Source: Nitrosopumilaceae archaeon (GTDB lineage Archaea > Thermoproteota > Nitrososphaeria > Nitrososphaerales > Nitrosopumilaceae). Taken from it: a DNA stretch of 64,000 bases. The stretch spans positions 960,001 to 1,024,000 of the forward strand of contig OZ242376.1 of assembly GCA_965209085.1 (NCBI GenBank). Reading direction: 5' to 3'. The translations under genes were made by a program, and so were the position numbers. The notes under the pieces are model-generated. The model was not told the DNA's origin and did no database searches. It was given only the letters and a program-made list of their open reading frames with translations. Below are positions 19,594-29,824 of the stretch, one piece after another (the first letter of the stretch is position 1; the number at the start of each line of letters is the position of its first letter).

Positions 19594-20526
19594 TTATTCC
19601 AATTGTCTTAAATCAAGATCAATGTTCAAACCAAGTTCTGGTTCATTCCAGTCCATGGTCAAATCCGCAGGTATCTGACTTAGCGGATCGTATGAATCAA
19701 AACGTGTCGCTCCAATTACCGCAGATGCCATGACAAGCTGTGTTTTCCCTTCGGTATGTTTTGCCATAATTTGCGAGCTGCCGCATACATCGTGCAAAAG
19801 CTTTGATGCTGCATCAATCATTCCTACAGGAATGCTGTTTCCGGAAAGATGTAATACAGAATGACCGGTATTTTCAGATGCTGTATTGTAAAGCATTTTT
19901 AAAGAATCGCGCAGTGCCATTTCCACGCTTTGACCATCCCTCGCAGATGATACGATGTTTGTTCCAGCAGGCATGCTGCAATCCTTGAGTGAGTTTAAAA
20001 CGTACACTGCAGCATTGTATGCAATCTCGTTGCATTCTTGTATGCTAAGATCAGGATTGCTCTCGTGCATTGCTTCATTGTCTATAATTGATGTAAATCC
20101 AGACCCTTCGCGCACCCGTTTTAGCGCCACACCGGATTCAAATATCCGCTCTTTTTCATATGCAAAAGGCATTGTTACCACCGAGGCAGTAGACATGTTT
20201 TTGCACGCATTTAACACCATTGGTGCCAGGGCTGCGCCTTCTTTTTCACCCAAAGCTGCTAAAACTATTGCAGAATCGTATTCTCGTGCCTGCAAAGAGA
20301 CATTCTTTACAGCATTAAGAGCATTTGCCCTCACAAGGCGCATTGACGGATTTAAGACCTCACCGTCAGATACGTGTACATAATCAAAAGATGACTGTCT
20401 AGAGCCCATTTTTACACAGTTCCAGCCAGTTGTTGCAGAGGCTTTTGTGGCCATTTTTGAGCCAGTCTCACCTATGCCGATTAAGAGTATTCTACCCTTT
20501 AGATCGCTTCTCAACATGTGATACAC
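19594..20526 (-). CDS. ftsZ: Divergent FtsZ/tubulin-family protein
   Basis: LLIGIGETG, VTMPFAYE and IIDNE segments; the tubulin signature is degenerate (ALGEKEGAALAP). Confidence 0.75.
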   Translation of the reverse strand: MYHMLRSDLKGRILLIGIGETGSKMATKASATTGWNCVKMGSRQSSFDYVHVSDGEVLNPSMRLVRANALNAVKNVSLQAREYDSAIVLAALGEKEGAALAPMVLNACKNMSTASVVTMPFAYEKERIFESGVALKRVREGSGFTSIIDNEAMHESNPDLSIQECNEIAYNAAVYVLNSLKDCSMPAGTNIVSSARDGQSVEMALRDSLKMLYNTASENTGHSVLHLSGNSIPVGMIDAASKLLHDVCGSSQIMAKHTEGKTQLVMASAVIGATRFDSYDPLSQIPADLTMDWNEPELGLNIDLDLRQLE

Positions 20527-20586
20527 TACAGTATCAGATAAAAAACCTTCTTACATAATTTTTCTCCAATATGCGATCTAAAATAT

Positions 20587-21852
20587 TTAACCCTCAATTT
20601 GGCCCAAAAGATTGTTTGTCGTAGACCCAGTTATCCGGACATTGCATGAGAGACCCACATGTGCCCCTTTTGGAACGTATATGGGTTTGTAGGCGTAATT
20701 TCTGCCGCGTATACCGTTTTCAGTATTCTCAGAAAAGAGCACCTTTCCTGACCATCCGATCCATTTTTTGTTGGATTCGGACGCAATATCAGATACCACC
20801 TGGGTAATCTTTCGGCTTCTGCGTTTTACAGTCTCGGGGTTAATTTTGTCCATCTTGGCAGCATCGGTTCCAGGACGCGCACTGTATTTGGATATATTTA
20901 CAATGTCAGGACGGGTTTTTTCTAAAAGTGACACTGTCTCCTCAAAGTCATCATCACTCTCAGTTGGAAATCCCACAATGATGTCAGTGGATATGGTAAA
21001 CTTTGAAAAACGTTTTCGTATTTTTTCTGCCACATCCTCAAAGGTTCCAACCGTGTGTCCGCGCTTCATTGCGGCAAGAACAGGGTTGCTACCGCTTTGA
21101 ACCGGCACATGGATAAACTTGTACACGTTTGAATTCTCATACGAGTTTAGCAGATCATTGCGGATTCTTGGCATGTACATCGGATTCATCATCCCTATTC
21201 GTATCATAAAGTCCCCGCGTATTGCAGATACAGCATCCACCAGTTCCGGAAGATTGGATCCTATATCAAAACCGTAACATCCGTTGTCAGTTGAGCTAAG
21301 CCATATTTCAGAGCAGCCAGAGTGCACCTCTTCTTTTACCTGTCTTACAACATCCCCGACCCTATAGCTTGTTATATCACCTTTTGCAAGCTTTGTCTGA
21401 CAGAATGTGCATTCGCTCATGCATCCGCTTGCAATTTCCACTATCCCCACTGCAGGATTTAATCGAACTTTTGGAAGTCCGATTTTTCTTGTATCATCGC
21501 CCAAACTGACACGTTTTTTTCCATGCAGGGCGCCCTCGAGCAGTTGCAGCGTTCCGCCAATTGATGAGGGTCCCATCATTGAGGCTTTTGGTGCAAGTTT
21601 TGAGACAGTTTCAGGTTCTGCCTTTGCAAGGCATCCGGCAATCACAAGCGGTTTTGTTCCAAGTTTTTTTATCCTGTATGCCATCCTTCCCGCAGTCGAA
21701 TCTTTTACAGAACACGTTACCAGTATACTAGCGTCAGCATCGTGTTCGGATTCGGCCAAAACATGTCCGCCGTTTGCCACAATACCGGCTATCATCTCAG
21801 AGTCTGCAAAACTAGCAGAACATCCGTATGCCTCTATCCAGATTTTGGCCAT
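20587..21852 (-). CDS. tRNA methylthiotransferase (MiaB/MtaB family radical SAM)
   Basis: UPF0004 YGC…DSE, CMSECTFC, TDIIVGFPTE and a C-terminal TRAM-like domain. Confidence 0.92.
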   Translation of the reverse strand: MAKIWIEAYGCSASFADSEMIAGIVANGGHVLAESEHDADASILVTCSVKDSTAGRMAYRIKKLGTKPLVIAGCLAKAEPETVSKLAPKASMMGPSSIGGTLQLLEGALHGKKRVSLGDDTRKIGLPKVRLNPAVGIVEIASGCMSECTFCQTKLAKGDITSYRVGDVVRQVKEEVHSGCSEIWLSSTDNGCYGFDIGSNLPELVDAVSAIRGDFMIRIGMMNPMYMPRIRNDLLNSYENSNVYKFIHVPVQSGSNPVLAAMKRGHTVGTFEDVAEKIRKRFSKFTISTDIIVGFPTESDDDFEETVSLLEKTRPDIVNISKYSARPGTDAAKMDKINPETVKRRSRKITQVVSDIASESNKKWIGWSGKVLFSENTENGIRGRNYAYKPIYVPKGAHVGLSCNVRITGSTTNNLLGQIEG

Positions 21853-21855
21853 AGC

Positions 21856-23217
21856 TTATCCCAAAAAGGCGTCTATTTGCGCCTTTGTCAAAAGTTTCCT
21901 AGCCAAAGCAATATCCCGGATGGATTTTCCAGTTTTTACTGATTCTTTGAATATCTCAGATGAGATCTTGTATCCGATGCTTGGAGTCAAAAGGGTCACT
22001 ATAACAGGACTGTTTTCAACATTCTCGCGCAGTTTTTTCGGGTTGGCATCAAGACCATCCACAAGATTTGTAGCAAAAATCGGAATAAAATTCCCCATCA
22101 TATCAGATGACTCTAGGATGCATTTTAGCATGCCAGGCAACATGACGTTTAGCTCAAACTGTCCGCCCTGAGCGCCAAGTGAGACTGACGTGTCGTTTCC
22201 TATGACATTGTTGCACACCATGTTCATGCATTCTGCAAGCGAGGGGTTTACCTTGCCGGGCATTATCGAGGAGCCAGCGTGCACTACTGGGATTCTTATT
22301 TCAGAGAGACCGGCTACCGGTCCTGATGCCATAAGGCGTATGTCATTTGCCACCTTTGCAATCTCTATTGCCATGTTTTTTAGTGCAGATGATACTGATA
22401 CCACTGCAAATCTGCTTTGCAGTCCATGATGCATGTTAGGTTCGGGTTTGATTGGGAGTTTTGAAATTTTTGCCAGCTCGTTTATCACAATTTTTCTGTA
22501 TCCTTTTGGCGTGTTGGCTCCGGATCCCACCGCCGTTCCTCCAAGTGCCACAGTATAAAGTCCAACAGATGCCATCTTTAGCGCCTCGTTTGATTTTGAA
22601 ACTGCCACAGCATATGCTGCAAATTCATCCCCAAGTGTTACAGGAAGCGCATCCATCAGATGTGTTCGGCCTATTTTTTTGTATGATGCGAATTTTTTGG
22701 CTTTTTTGGAAAGTGATTTTTTCAGCGTTTCTGCTGCAAAAATTACCGCATTTATGTTCGGCAAAAGACTCAGGTGCATCGCAGTTGGATACGTGTCGTT
22801 GCTTGACTGTGACATGTTGACATGATCATTTGGATGAATGTATGAATACTGGCCTTTTTTTCTACCCGATATGACAAGTGCGATGTTTGCGATTACCTCG
22901 TTTGTATTCATGTTAAACGCAGTTCCGGCTCCGGAGTTTATCATGTCCACTGCAAACCATTCCCTAAACTCGCCGCCAAGTATTCTATCGCATGCGCGGA
23001 TGATGACACGGCTTCGTTTACCATCCAATGCGCCAGTTTTTGCATTGGCAAGAGAGGCTGATCGTTTTATCATGACAAATGCATCTATTAGGTTTTGATG
23101 CGGCAGATGGCCTGTAACATGGTACTGCATTATAGCTCTGGCAGTGAACGGGCCATAGTATGCATTGTATGGTACCTTTATTTTTCCAAGCGAATCCTCG
23201 TCTGTGCGGTATTTCAC
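21856..23217 (-). CDS. Class II fumarase / aspartate ammonia-lyase family lyase
   Basis: GSSIMPGKVNP, GRTHLMDA and SQSSND motifs. Confidence 0.92.
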   Translation of the reverse strand: MKYRTDEDSLGKIKVPYNAYYGPFTARAIMQYHVTGHLPHQNLIDAFVMIKRSASLANAKTGALDGKRSRVIIRACDRILGGEFREWFAVDMINSGAGTAFNMNTNEVIANIALVISGRKKGQYSYIHPNDHVNMSQSSNDTYPTAMHLSLLPNINAVIFAAETLKKSLSKKAKKFASYKKIGRTHLMDALPVTLGDEFAAYAVAVSKSNEALKMASVGLYTVALGGTAVGSGANTPKGYRKIVINELAKISKLPIKPEPNMHHGLQSRFAVVSVSSALKNMAIEIAKVANDIRLMASGPVAGLSEIRIPVVHAGSSIMPGKVNPSLAECMNMVCNNVIGNDTSVSLGAQGGQFELNVMLPGMLKCILESSDMMGNFIPIFATNLVDGLDANPKKLRENVENSPVIVTLLTPSIGYKISSEIFKESVKTGKSIRDIALARKLLTKAQIDAFLG

Positions 23218-23450
23218 GTATAATGAACAGTGCTAGGTGTTAATTTCCTTTTCTTTTAAAAAATAACTGGTCATACAGGAGAGTATAATCAGGGTTTGAT
23301 TTGAATGAAATATCGTCCAAATCGGCAAAAAATAGCATGAATTTGGCACCTAGTCTTATTTTGTGCCCAAATCTTAATTTTTCGTGTAAATTACAGATAC
23401 AATACAAAATCGCACAAAAAATATCTTAATTTATATAAGTATATCTAGTC

Positions 23451-24827
23451 ATGGACTCAATGAATAAGAAACACAGTATGATTCTAACCATTACCGCAGT
23501 TGCGGTTCTTGGTGCGACATTACTTGGAGGCACATATACGCAGTCACAACTAGGCACACAATCACTTGACATATCAAAAATGGATGCTGACGTTTTAAGA
23601 CAGATTCAAGAAATGGGCGGACTAGAACTTGTAATGCCAAAAGCATTTTCTGAAACAGATTGTGGCGCTTTGGAGAGTACAGGACGCAAAGTCGTAAGGT
23701 TTGACCTTACCGGTGAGAGTGTTAAACTGCCCATCATGGGACATACCGCTGACAAACCAAAAGAATACCATGGAATGGCATTCAACCAACAAGTACCAGG
23801 TCCAACACTACGTGTCCAACAGGGCGATATAGTAATGATGACCCTCACCATACCCGCAGATGAAGTTACAGGACACGGAAACGACATGCATGCATCACAA
23901 ACCAGTGCACAGTACTTTGATTCCATAAACCCCGGCGAGACTGCAGAGTATTGCTATATTGCACAGTCTGCAGGTGTTTTCAAATACCACTGCTCTGGCG
24001 TACGCTTGATTGGCATGGATCAGCACGTTCTCTCGGGAATGTATGGAATTGCCATAGTAGACCCAGTAGACGGTTACAAAAAACTCATGGTTGAAAAAAC
24101 CACGCCCACAGGCGAGATTGACAGAATATTTTACGAAAGTGATGCATTGGAGTTTCAGCTGCAATACAACCAGCTCTATCTGACAGAAGATGGCACATAT
24201 GATCAGGTAGCCATGTTTAAACACGAGAACACTGGCACAGTGGTAAACGGATTCCAGTTTGGATATGTTCCAAACTCTGGTCACAACGAGTTAATCAAAG
24301 GCAATGCAAATTCAAACATCTTTGTAGTCCAGCCATGGAATGCAGAAGAGCTTAAACAATACCAGTCACAGCTGCTCTTCGTTGAGACAGGCAAACACAT
24401 AAGATTTTTCATTGAAAACCAAGGCAACGAGCCAGTATACTGGCACGTGGTAGGTGAGATCATAGACAGAGTAACACAGGGTAACAGAGTCCAATCAGCT
24501 GCTACGGAAACGTGGTTGTTGGGAGGTTCACAAAACATGATAGCTGACATCGTCTTTGACGAACCAGGCGTTTATGTGGCCGTAAACCATGACTATGCTG
24601 CAATATATAGTGGAGCTGCAACGGTAATTATCGCAGGCGATCCGTTCGGATTGAACGAAAAGCTAGAGCAAAATCCACCGGTTGCATCCTATGCATATTT
24701 GCTCGGTAACCCCAGTGATGCTATCCCACCAATGGGAGAAGAAAGCGTCGAACATCCAATGATAAACTTGCACGGTTTGTACACGGATGAACGCGCAGCA
24801 CAAATCAAAGCAGAATTAGGAATTTAG
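23451..24827 (+). CDS. nirK: Copper-containing nitrite reductase (archaeal NirK)
   Basis: Signal peptide; PGPTLRV, HGNDMH, YHC…H…GM, WHVVG and NHD copper/catalytic motifs. Confidence 0.9.
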   Translation: MDSMNKKHSMILTITAVAVLGATLLGGTYTQSQLGTQSLDISKMDADVLRQIQEMGGLELVMPKAFSETDCGALESTGRKVVRFDLTGESVKLPIMGHTADKPKEYHGMAFNQQVPGPTLRVQQGDIVMMTLTIPADEVTGHGNDMHASQTSAQYFDSINPGETAEYCYIAQSAGVFKYHCSGVRLIGMDQHVLSGMYGIAIVDPVDGYKKLMVEKTTPTGEIDRIFYESDALEFQLQYNQLYLTEDGTYDQVAMFKHENTGTVVNGFQFGYVPNSGHNELIKGNANSNIFVVQPWNAEELKQYQSQLLFVETGKHIRFFIENQGNEPVYWHVVGEIIDRVTQGNRVQSAATETWLLGGSQNMIADIVFDEPGVYVAVNHDYAAIYSGAATVIIAGDPFGLNEKLEQNPPVASYAYLLGNPSDAIPPMGEESVEHPMINLHGLYTDERAAQIKAELGI

Positions 24828-24865
24828 ATTTTCATTTGTTTTTTTTACACGCCTGATAAGGTTAT

Positions 24866-25825
24866 ATGCCGCACGATTTTTTGTGCAGTGTGACTGATCT
24901 GCAGGGACGAGTACTAGTATGCGATACAACAGATCAGATACTGCAAAAAATACTCAAAGATAACGGTCTGTCAGTATCATATATGCCAGAAATTACTCCC
25001 GATGATTTAGCTGAGAAGATTAAAGATTATGAGATCATCATAGTCCGAAGTCGTACAAAACTTACGGCAGATTTGATCAAAAATGCAGCATCATGCAAAA
25101 TCATAGCCCGCGTAGGGGTTGGCCTTGACAATATTGATTTGAATGCTGCAAAAGAGGCCAATATTCGCGTGATAAATGCAATCGAGGGTGCCACCACAGC
25201 TGTTGCAGAACTGGTTCTTGCAATGATGTTCTCACTTGCCAGGAAAATTCCCAGAGCCGACAGTGGGATGCGCAAGGGCGAGTGGTTAAAGGGTGAGATA
25301 AAGGGAACAGAGCTTAAAGGCAAATACCTCGGCATTGTAGGTCTTGGAAACATTGGAAAACGGCTTGCACGGCTTGCGCGCGCACTAAATATGAACATTA
25401 TAGGATATGATCCGGCTGCAATAGACGGGGAATTTGCAAAAGAGGTGGGACTGTTCAAAGCGGATCTTGAGACGCTGCTAAAAAGCTCAGACTATGTCTC
25501 ACTGCACGTGCCCCTGTTGGAATCGACAAAACACATGATAAATGCAGAAAAACTTTCCCTGATGAAACCGACTGCGGCCATAATCAACACTTCACGCGGC
25601 GGTGTAATCGACGAGGATGCGCTGTATGAGGCGTTGGTTGCAGGACGGCTTGGCGGTGCGGCACTAGACGTATTTGAAACAGAGCCAGCTACTGGAAACA
25701 AACTCACAAAAATCGAGAATGTCGTACTAACGCCCCACATCGGGGCAATGACTGCAGAGGCACAGTCATTGGCAGCTAACATTATCGGTGAAAAAATAGT
25801 GCAGATACTTCGCGGCATTGTATAA
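24866..25825 (+). CDS. serA: D-3-phosphoglycerate / D-2-hydroxyacid dehydrogenase
   Basis: RVGVGLDNID, GLGNIG, NTSRGG and TPHIGA motifs. Confidence 0.85.
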   Translation: MPHDFLCSVTDLQGRVLVCDTTDQILQKILKDNGLSVSYMPEITPDDLAEKIKDYEIIIVRSRTKLTADLIKNAASCKIIARVGVGLDNIDLNAAKEANIRVINAIEGATTAVAELVLAMMFSLARKIPRADSGMRKGEWLKGEIKGTELKGKYLGIVGLGNIGKRLARLARALNMNIIGYDPAAIDGEFAKEVGLFKADLETLLKSSDYVSLHVPLLESTKHMINAEKLSLMKPTAAIINTSRGGVIDEDALYEALVAGRLGGAALDVFETEPATGNKLTKIENVVLTPHIGAMTAEAQSLAANIIGEKIVQILRGIV

Positions 25826-25888
25826 ATTCAAGATACCGCATTATTCGTAACAGATCGGCTTTTATGTGGGTTTTAGTTTCTCATACAT

Positions 25889-26632
25889 ATGCGGATTTTA
25901 TTCGGATATGTTGCAATACTGTTTGTACTAGCTCCAATGATTGTTTATGCCACTGAGCCCTCAATGACCATGCCTGTAGATTCGGCTATGGGTTCATTTG
26001 CAGAATATGATATTAGTGATATAATCTTAGAGTCATATTTTGATGAAGATTTTCAATCAGTGGTTTTTAAGTTAAGTTCTAGTTCTGAATCTGAAATACT
26101 CTCAGTACATCTTGACACAAATTTATTCGGATATCCTGCAGACTTGGATGGATATTATGTGCTAGCTGATGCTGAACCGATAAACGTCCCACATGAGATT
26201 TTAGATTCAAATTATGAAAATCGCATACATTTAATGATCAATGTTGAATCCGGAGTTACTAGTGTTGAAATATTTGGCAAAATATCCAATGATGCCAAAC
26301 CTGCAGAAGAAGAAATGGAGGATACAGAAAAGATGGAAGAGTTAGAAAAGATGGAGGATACAGAAAAGATGGAAGAGTTAGAAATTAAATGCGATGCCGG
26401 GATGATAATGGTAAACGGCCAGTGCATGCTAGATGAGAAACCAGTATGCGGTGCAAACACTGTGTTTGATGGCGAGAAATGTATTCTAGAAAGCCAAAAG
26501 GACATCAATGGTGACAAGTCCAATGTATTAAATTTCAAAGATCTGATATACGGAACTGTCGGCGGTGTGATAATTGCCCTAGCAGTCGCATTTGTATTTC
26601 TGGCAATGTCAAAAGCTTTTAGAAAAAATTAA
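25889..26632 (+). CDS. Secreted, C-terminally membrane-anchored protein with paired Cys motifs
   Basis: Signal peptide, MEDTEKMEELE duplication, CDAGMIMVNGQC and CGANTVFDGEKC, C-terminal TM helix with basic tail. Confidence 0.8.
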   Translation: MRILFGYVAILFVLAPMIVYATEPSMTMPVDSAMGSFAEYDISDIILESYFDEDFQSVVFKLSSSSESEILSVHLDTNLFGYPADLDGYYVLADAEPINVPHEILDSNYENRIHLMINVESGVTSVEIFGKISNDAKPAEEEMEDTEKMEELEKMEDTEKMEELEIKCDAGMIMVNGQCMLDEKPVCGANTVFDGEKCILESQKDINGDKSNVLNFKDLIYGTVGGVIIALAVAFVFLAMSKAFRKN

Positions 26633-26638
26633 GCGCAG

Positions 26639-27364
26639 TTATTTCAATACGATAATTTCAGGCAAAAGGTAATCTATAATGTTGACATATGTTGAATCAT
26701 CAATATGTCCGTCAGTCCAAAATTTTGTGGCCAAATTTTTAAACCAGTCAGGAATCACCGCGCTTTGAATATCTGTTGGAATCGGAGAATCCAAAATTTT
26801 TGCATCGTATAAAAGATACAGATATTTCCCATAGTCTGTATCCTGTATTATCGTGCTAGCCCACAATATAGATATATTCCTAAACCACGACGGGAGTAAA
26901 ACATCATCTGAATCCAGTATTGTAAAGACATCATCAGCTGATAACTCACCGTACTGGATTTGCAGCGTCCAAAGACCCGGCTGGTAAAATGAATTAATCG
27001 GATCCGGCGACGTATACGTAGAGGTCGTATTGTATACTGGAATTTCTAGTGAAGTCACGTTTTGTAAATCATGCGAGAATGTAAGTATTGCGGATTCGTA
27101 TGAAAGGTCTGGAACTTTGAGCACGAATACAATATTATCTCCAAGAGAATATTCATCCATCTCCACATCTACGGCAATTTCAGACTGGGCGTAAACGGCA
27201 GCCGTGTGGAAAAAAGCTGCAAAGATCGCCACCATGGCATACTGGAATACGCGCATAACATGATCCGCTATCAACTCTAATATGGATATGTCGGATTTTG
27301 GTTCTGTGCAACTATCAAGACTTGGATATAATATGACCGCAGCATCTTTTAATATCTCACACAT
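26639..27364 (-). CDS. Secreted protein with two thaumarchaeal-type P.WF(R/K)N C-terminal motifs
   Basis: LPSWFRN and IPDWFKN…FW…G.IDD motifs; the start may be the internal MRVFQY signal peptide. Confidence 0.75.
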   Translation of the reverse strand: MCEILKDAAVILYPSLDSCTEPKSDISILELIADHVMRVFQYAMVAIFAAFFHTAAVYAQSEIAVDVEMDEYSLGDNIVFVLKVPDLSYESAILTFSHDLQNVTSLEIPVYNTTSTYTSPDPINSFYQPGLWTLQIQYGELSADDVFTILDSDDVLLPSWFRNISILWASTIIQDTDYGKYLYLLYDAKILDSPIPTDIQSAVIPDWFKNLATKFWTDGHIDDSTYVNIIDYLLPEIIVLK

Positions 27365-27473
27365 GCATTCTTGAATAATATGGCAGCATATCCTGCAGGT
27401 TGAATTTGATCTGACCTGTGCGTTATTTTATCCCTAAACGAATACATAACAAGTCACACATACAACATATACG

Positions 27474-28298
27474 ATGCTCAGCAGTGTATATCTTGACGCG
27501 GTTCGCAGAAAGGATGAGACCATGTCAGTATTGAAAAATTCATCATACGGGGATATTGTAAAAAGAGCCAAAGATGGTTGGAGTGAATATCTGCCAAGCA
27601 TGGCAGATTCGAACATTATAGGCATAGATGCAAGTTATAACAGTATAAAATATCAGGGGCTTGATCTGTGGGTCGTAACTGCAGTGGCCGTTGGGGCAGA
27701 TAATTCGGTAATATGCGAGCTGCATGATAACGGACTGGGTCTTGTAAAAAACAACCTGTCTCCAATGGCAAACCGTATGGAAATAAAGGCGTGTGAGGGT
27801 TCTCTTGGCAGCGCTGATTTGATTCTCATGGACGGGACAATACACTCAAAGGTATCAGACGAGTCTGCAATTCCAAAGATTTTTTTGGAGAATGCCAATA
27901 TTGTATTTGTATCAAAAAGCTCCGATACGCGCAATGAATTTGAAAAATTCAACTCTGTGGCGGGGGATATTTTTTACTATGGGCATGCTAGCAGAAAGGC
28001 AGGGTATAGCCGCATCCAAACAGATCAAAGATACGGTTTAGATTGCGAGGTTGTGTCTTTTTTTCTAAGGCTCTCAGAATCGCAACCGCTTTTAAAAATA
28101 GAATTATGCCGCAAAGGATTTACCGAGGATGACGTGAAAAAACTGGCAGACTGTATGTATAAAAACAGCGTCATGGGATATCCGTATTCCCTGCGGCTTG
28201 CACATGAGAGCTGCAAAATAAGTGCAGCAGACATGCAAAGATTTGCCAGACTGCACGGACTTGGAAATGAGACAGGCTCTCGGGAGGTTTTGAATTGA
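27474..28298 (+). CDS. nurA: DNA double-strand-break repair nuclease NurA
   Basis: GIDAS, LMDGT, VSKSS and GYPYSLRLAH motifs; operon context. Confidence 0.9.
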   Translation: MLSSVYLDAVRRKDETMSVLKNSSYGDIVKRAKDGWSEYLPSMADSNIIGIDASYNSIKYQGLDLWVVTAVAVGADNSVICELHDNGLGLVKNNLSPMANRMEIKACEGSLGSADLILMDGTIHSKVSDESAIPKIFLENANIVFVSKSSDTRNEFEKFNSVAGDIFYYGHASRKAGYSRIQTDQRYGLDCEVVSFFLRLSESQPLLKIELCRKGFTEDDVKKLADCMYKNSVMGYPYSLRLAHESCKISAADMQRFARLHGLGNETGSREVLN

Positions 28299-29824
28299 AC
28301 ATTGGATATGTTGCAGGAGAGTCCACCCCGTCTTCTGTTGAGGCAATCACCTCATCTGCCCTCTCGGTTGGAAAATACGTAGTGGTGGGATTTGGAGCAA
28401 ATGGCATACTCGGACTAGTCGAGCATTCCAAAGTGTCAAGCTCGGCAATGGATATTGCAAAAGATTATCGTTCAGCACACGAGGCAACACAGGTATCCAG
28501 CATAGACTTGCGCGATAAAAAATACGTATCCAAAATAATGCTGCTTGGTGCACTAGAGACTCTGCAAAAAGAAAATCCGCGTCTGCCTGATGTCCCGCCA
28601 GAACCTGGCACGCCCATATACGAGGCGCACAGTAAGGATCTCAAGGACATATTTAGCCCAGAGGGAGAAAAATGGGCAAAAGTTGGAACGCTGCTCCGCG
28701 ATCCTATGACTGTCTCAAAAATTAATGTAAACAAAATAGTTTCAAGACACCTTGGAATACTGGCCATGACTGGAATGGGCAAAAGCAACCTTGTATCGCT
28801 TCTTGCCAAAAGAATCGGCCAGATGAACGGAACAGTCGTGATATTTGATTATCATGACGATTACGTCTCCTTGAAGCTCAAAAACGTGAGCGCCATGGAG
28901 GCTAAAATAAATCCAAGGCTGCTTGATCCGGACTCTCTTGCCGAAGTGCTTGAAATCCGCGAGAATGCAAGCGTACAGCAGCGCATACTGCGCATGGCGT
29001 TTACCTCCCAGGTCAGAAAAAGCGGGGACTTTTGGGGTGCGTTGGATGGACAGGTGGATCTTGTATCAAACACGGATGAAAAAAACCGCAGAGAATACAT
29101 GCATTCGGGCAGGCGCGTTAGAGATAAAATAGAAGATGCCCGTCGCAATTATTCAGACGTATTGGATCCGGGTGTGATTGATCCTGTAAGTTTAATCCGC
29201 GAGGGGCGCATAAACGTGATCAGCATATCAAGTCTTACTGAAAAACAGGCAAACGTCGCAGTATCGCACTATCTGCAGGAGATTCTAGCTGACAGGAAAA
29301 AATCAACGCGCATGTCTCAGCCAACCTCAAAGGGTTCACGTTCCTTGAGGTTTTCAATGCCGGTCATGGCAGTATTAGAAGAGGCGCACGTCTTTATTCC
29401 AAAGGGCGAGGATACGCGGGCAAAATACTGGGCATCGCGCATAGCAAGGGAGGGCAGAAAATTCGGCATAGGACTTGCCATAGTATCGCAAAGACCCAGA
29501 AGCATAGATCCTGCAATTCTTGGACAAATGGGTTCGCTTGCAGTTATGCGTCTAGTACAGCAAGATGATCAAAGCCAGGTGGCATCAGCTGCTGAATCAA
29601 TAAGCGAGGGACTGGTAAAACAGCTTGGATCCCTAAACGTTGGGGACGCACTCCTCGTAGGCCAGTGGGTCCGGCTCCCATCAGCTGTCCACATTGATGC
29701 AGTACCTGAAAAAATTGCAGGAGATGATCATGACGCAGTCTCACAATGGAATGCTGAAAAAGAATATGCAAAAACTGCCAGCGTATCCACACAAAAGCTC
29801 ATACGGCGGGATCTGATGGATTGA
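28295..29824 (+). CDS. herA: HerA helicase/ATPase
   Basis: RHLGILAMTGMGKS, EEAH, REGRKFG and SQRP motifs. Confidence 0.94.
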   Translation: MNIGYVAGESTPSSVEAITSSALSVGKYVVVGFGANGILGLVEHSKVSSSAMDIAKDYRSAHEATQVSSIDLRDKKYVSKIMLLGALETLQKENPRLPDVPPEPGTPIYEAHSKDLKDIFSPEGEKWAKVGTLLRDPMTVSKINVNKIVSRHLGILAMTGMGKSNLVSLLAKRIGQMNGTVVIFDYHDDYVSLKLKNVSAMEAKINPRLLDPDSLAEVLEIRENASVQQRILRMAFTSQVRKSGDFWGALDGQVDLVSNTDEKNRREYMHSGRRVRDKIEDARRNYSDVLDPGVIDPVSLIREGRINVISISSLTEKQANVAVSHYLQEILADRKKSTRMSQPTSKGSRSLRFSMPVMAVLEEAHVFIPKGEDTRAKYWASRIAREGRKFGIGLAIVSQRPRSIDPAILGQMGSLAVMRLVQQDDQSQVASAAESISEGLVKQLGSLNVGDALLVGQWVRLPSAVHIDAVPEKIAGDDHDAVSQWNAEKEYAKTASVSTQKLIRRDLMD

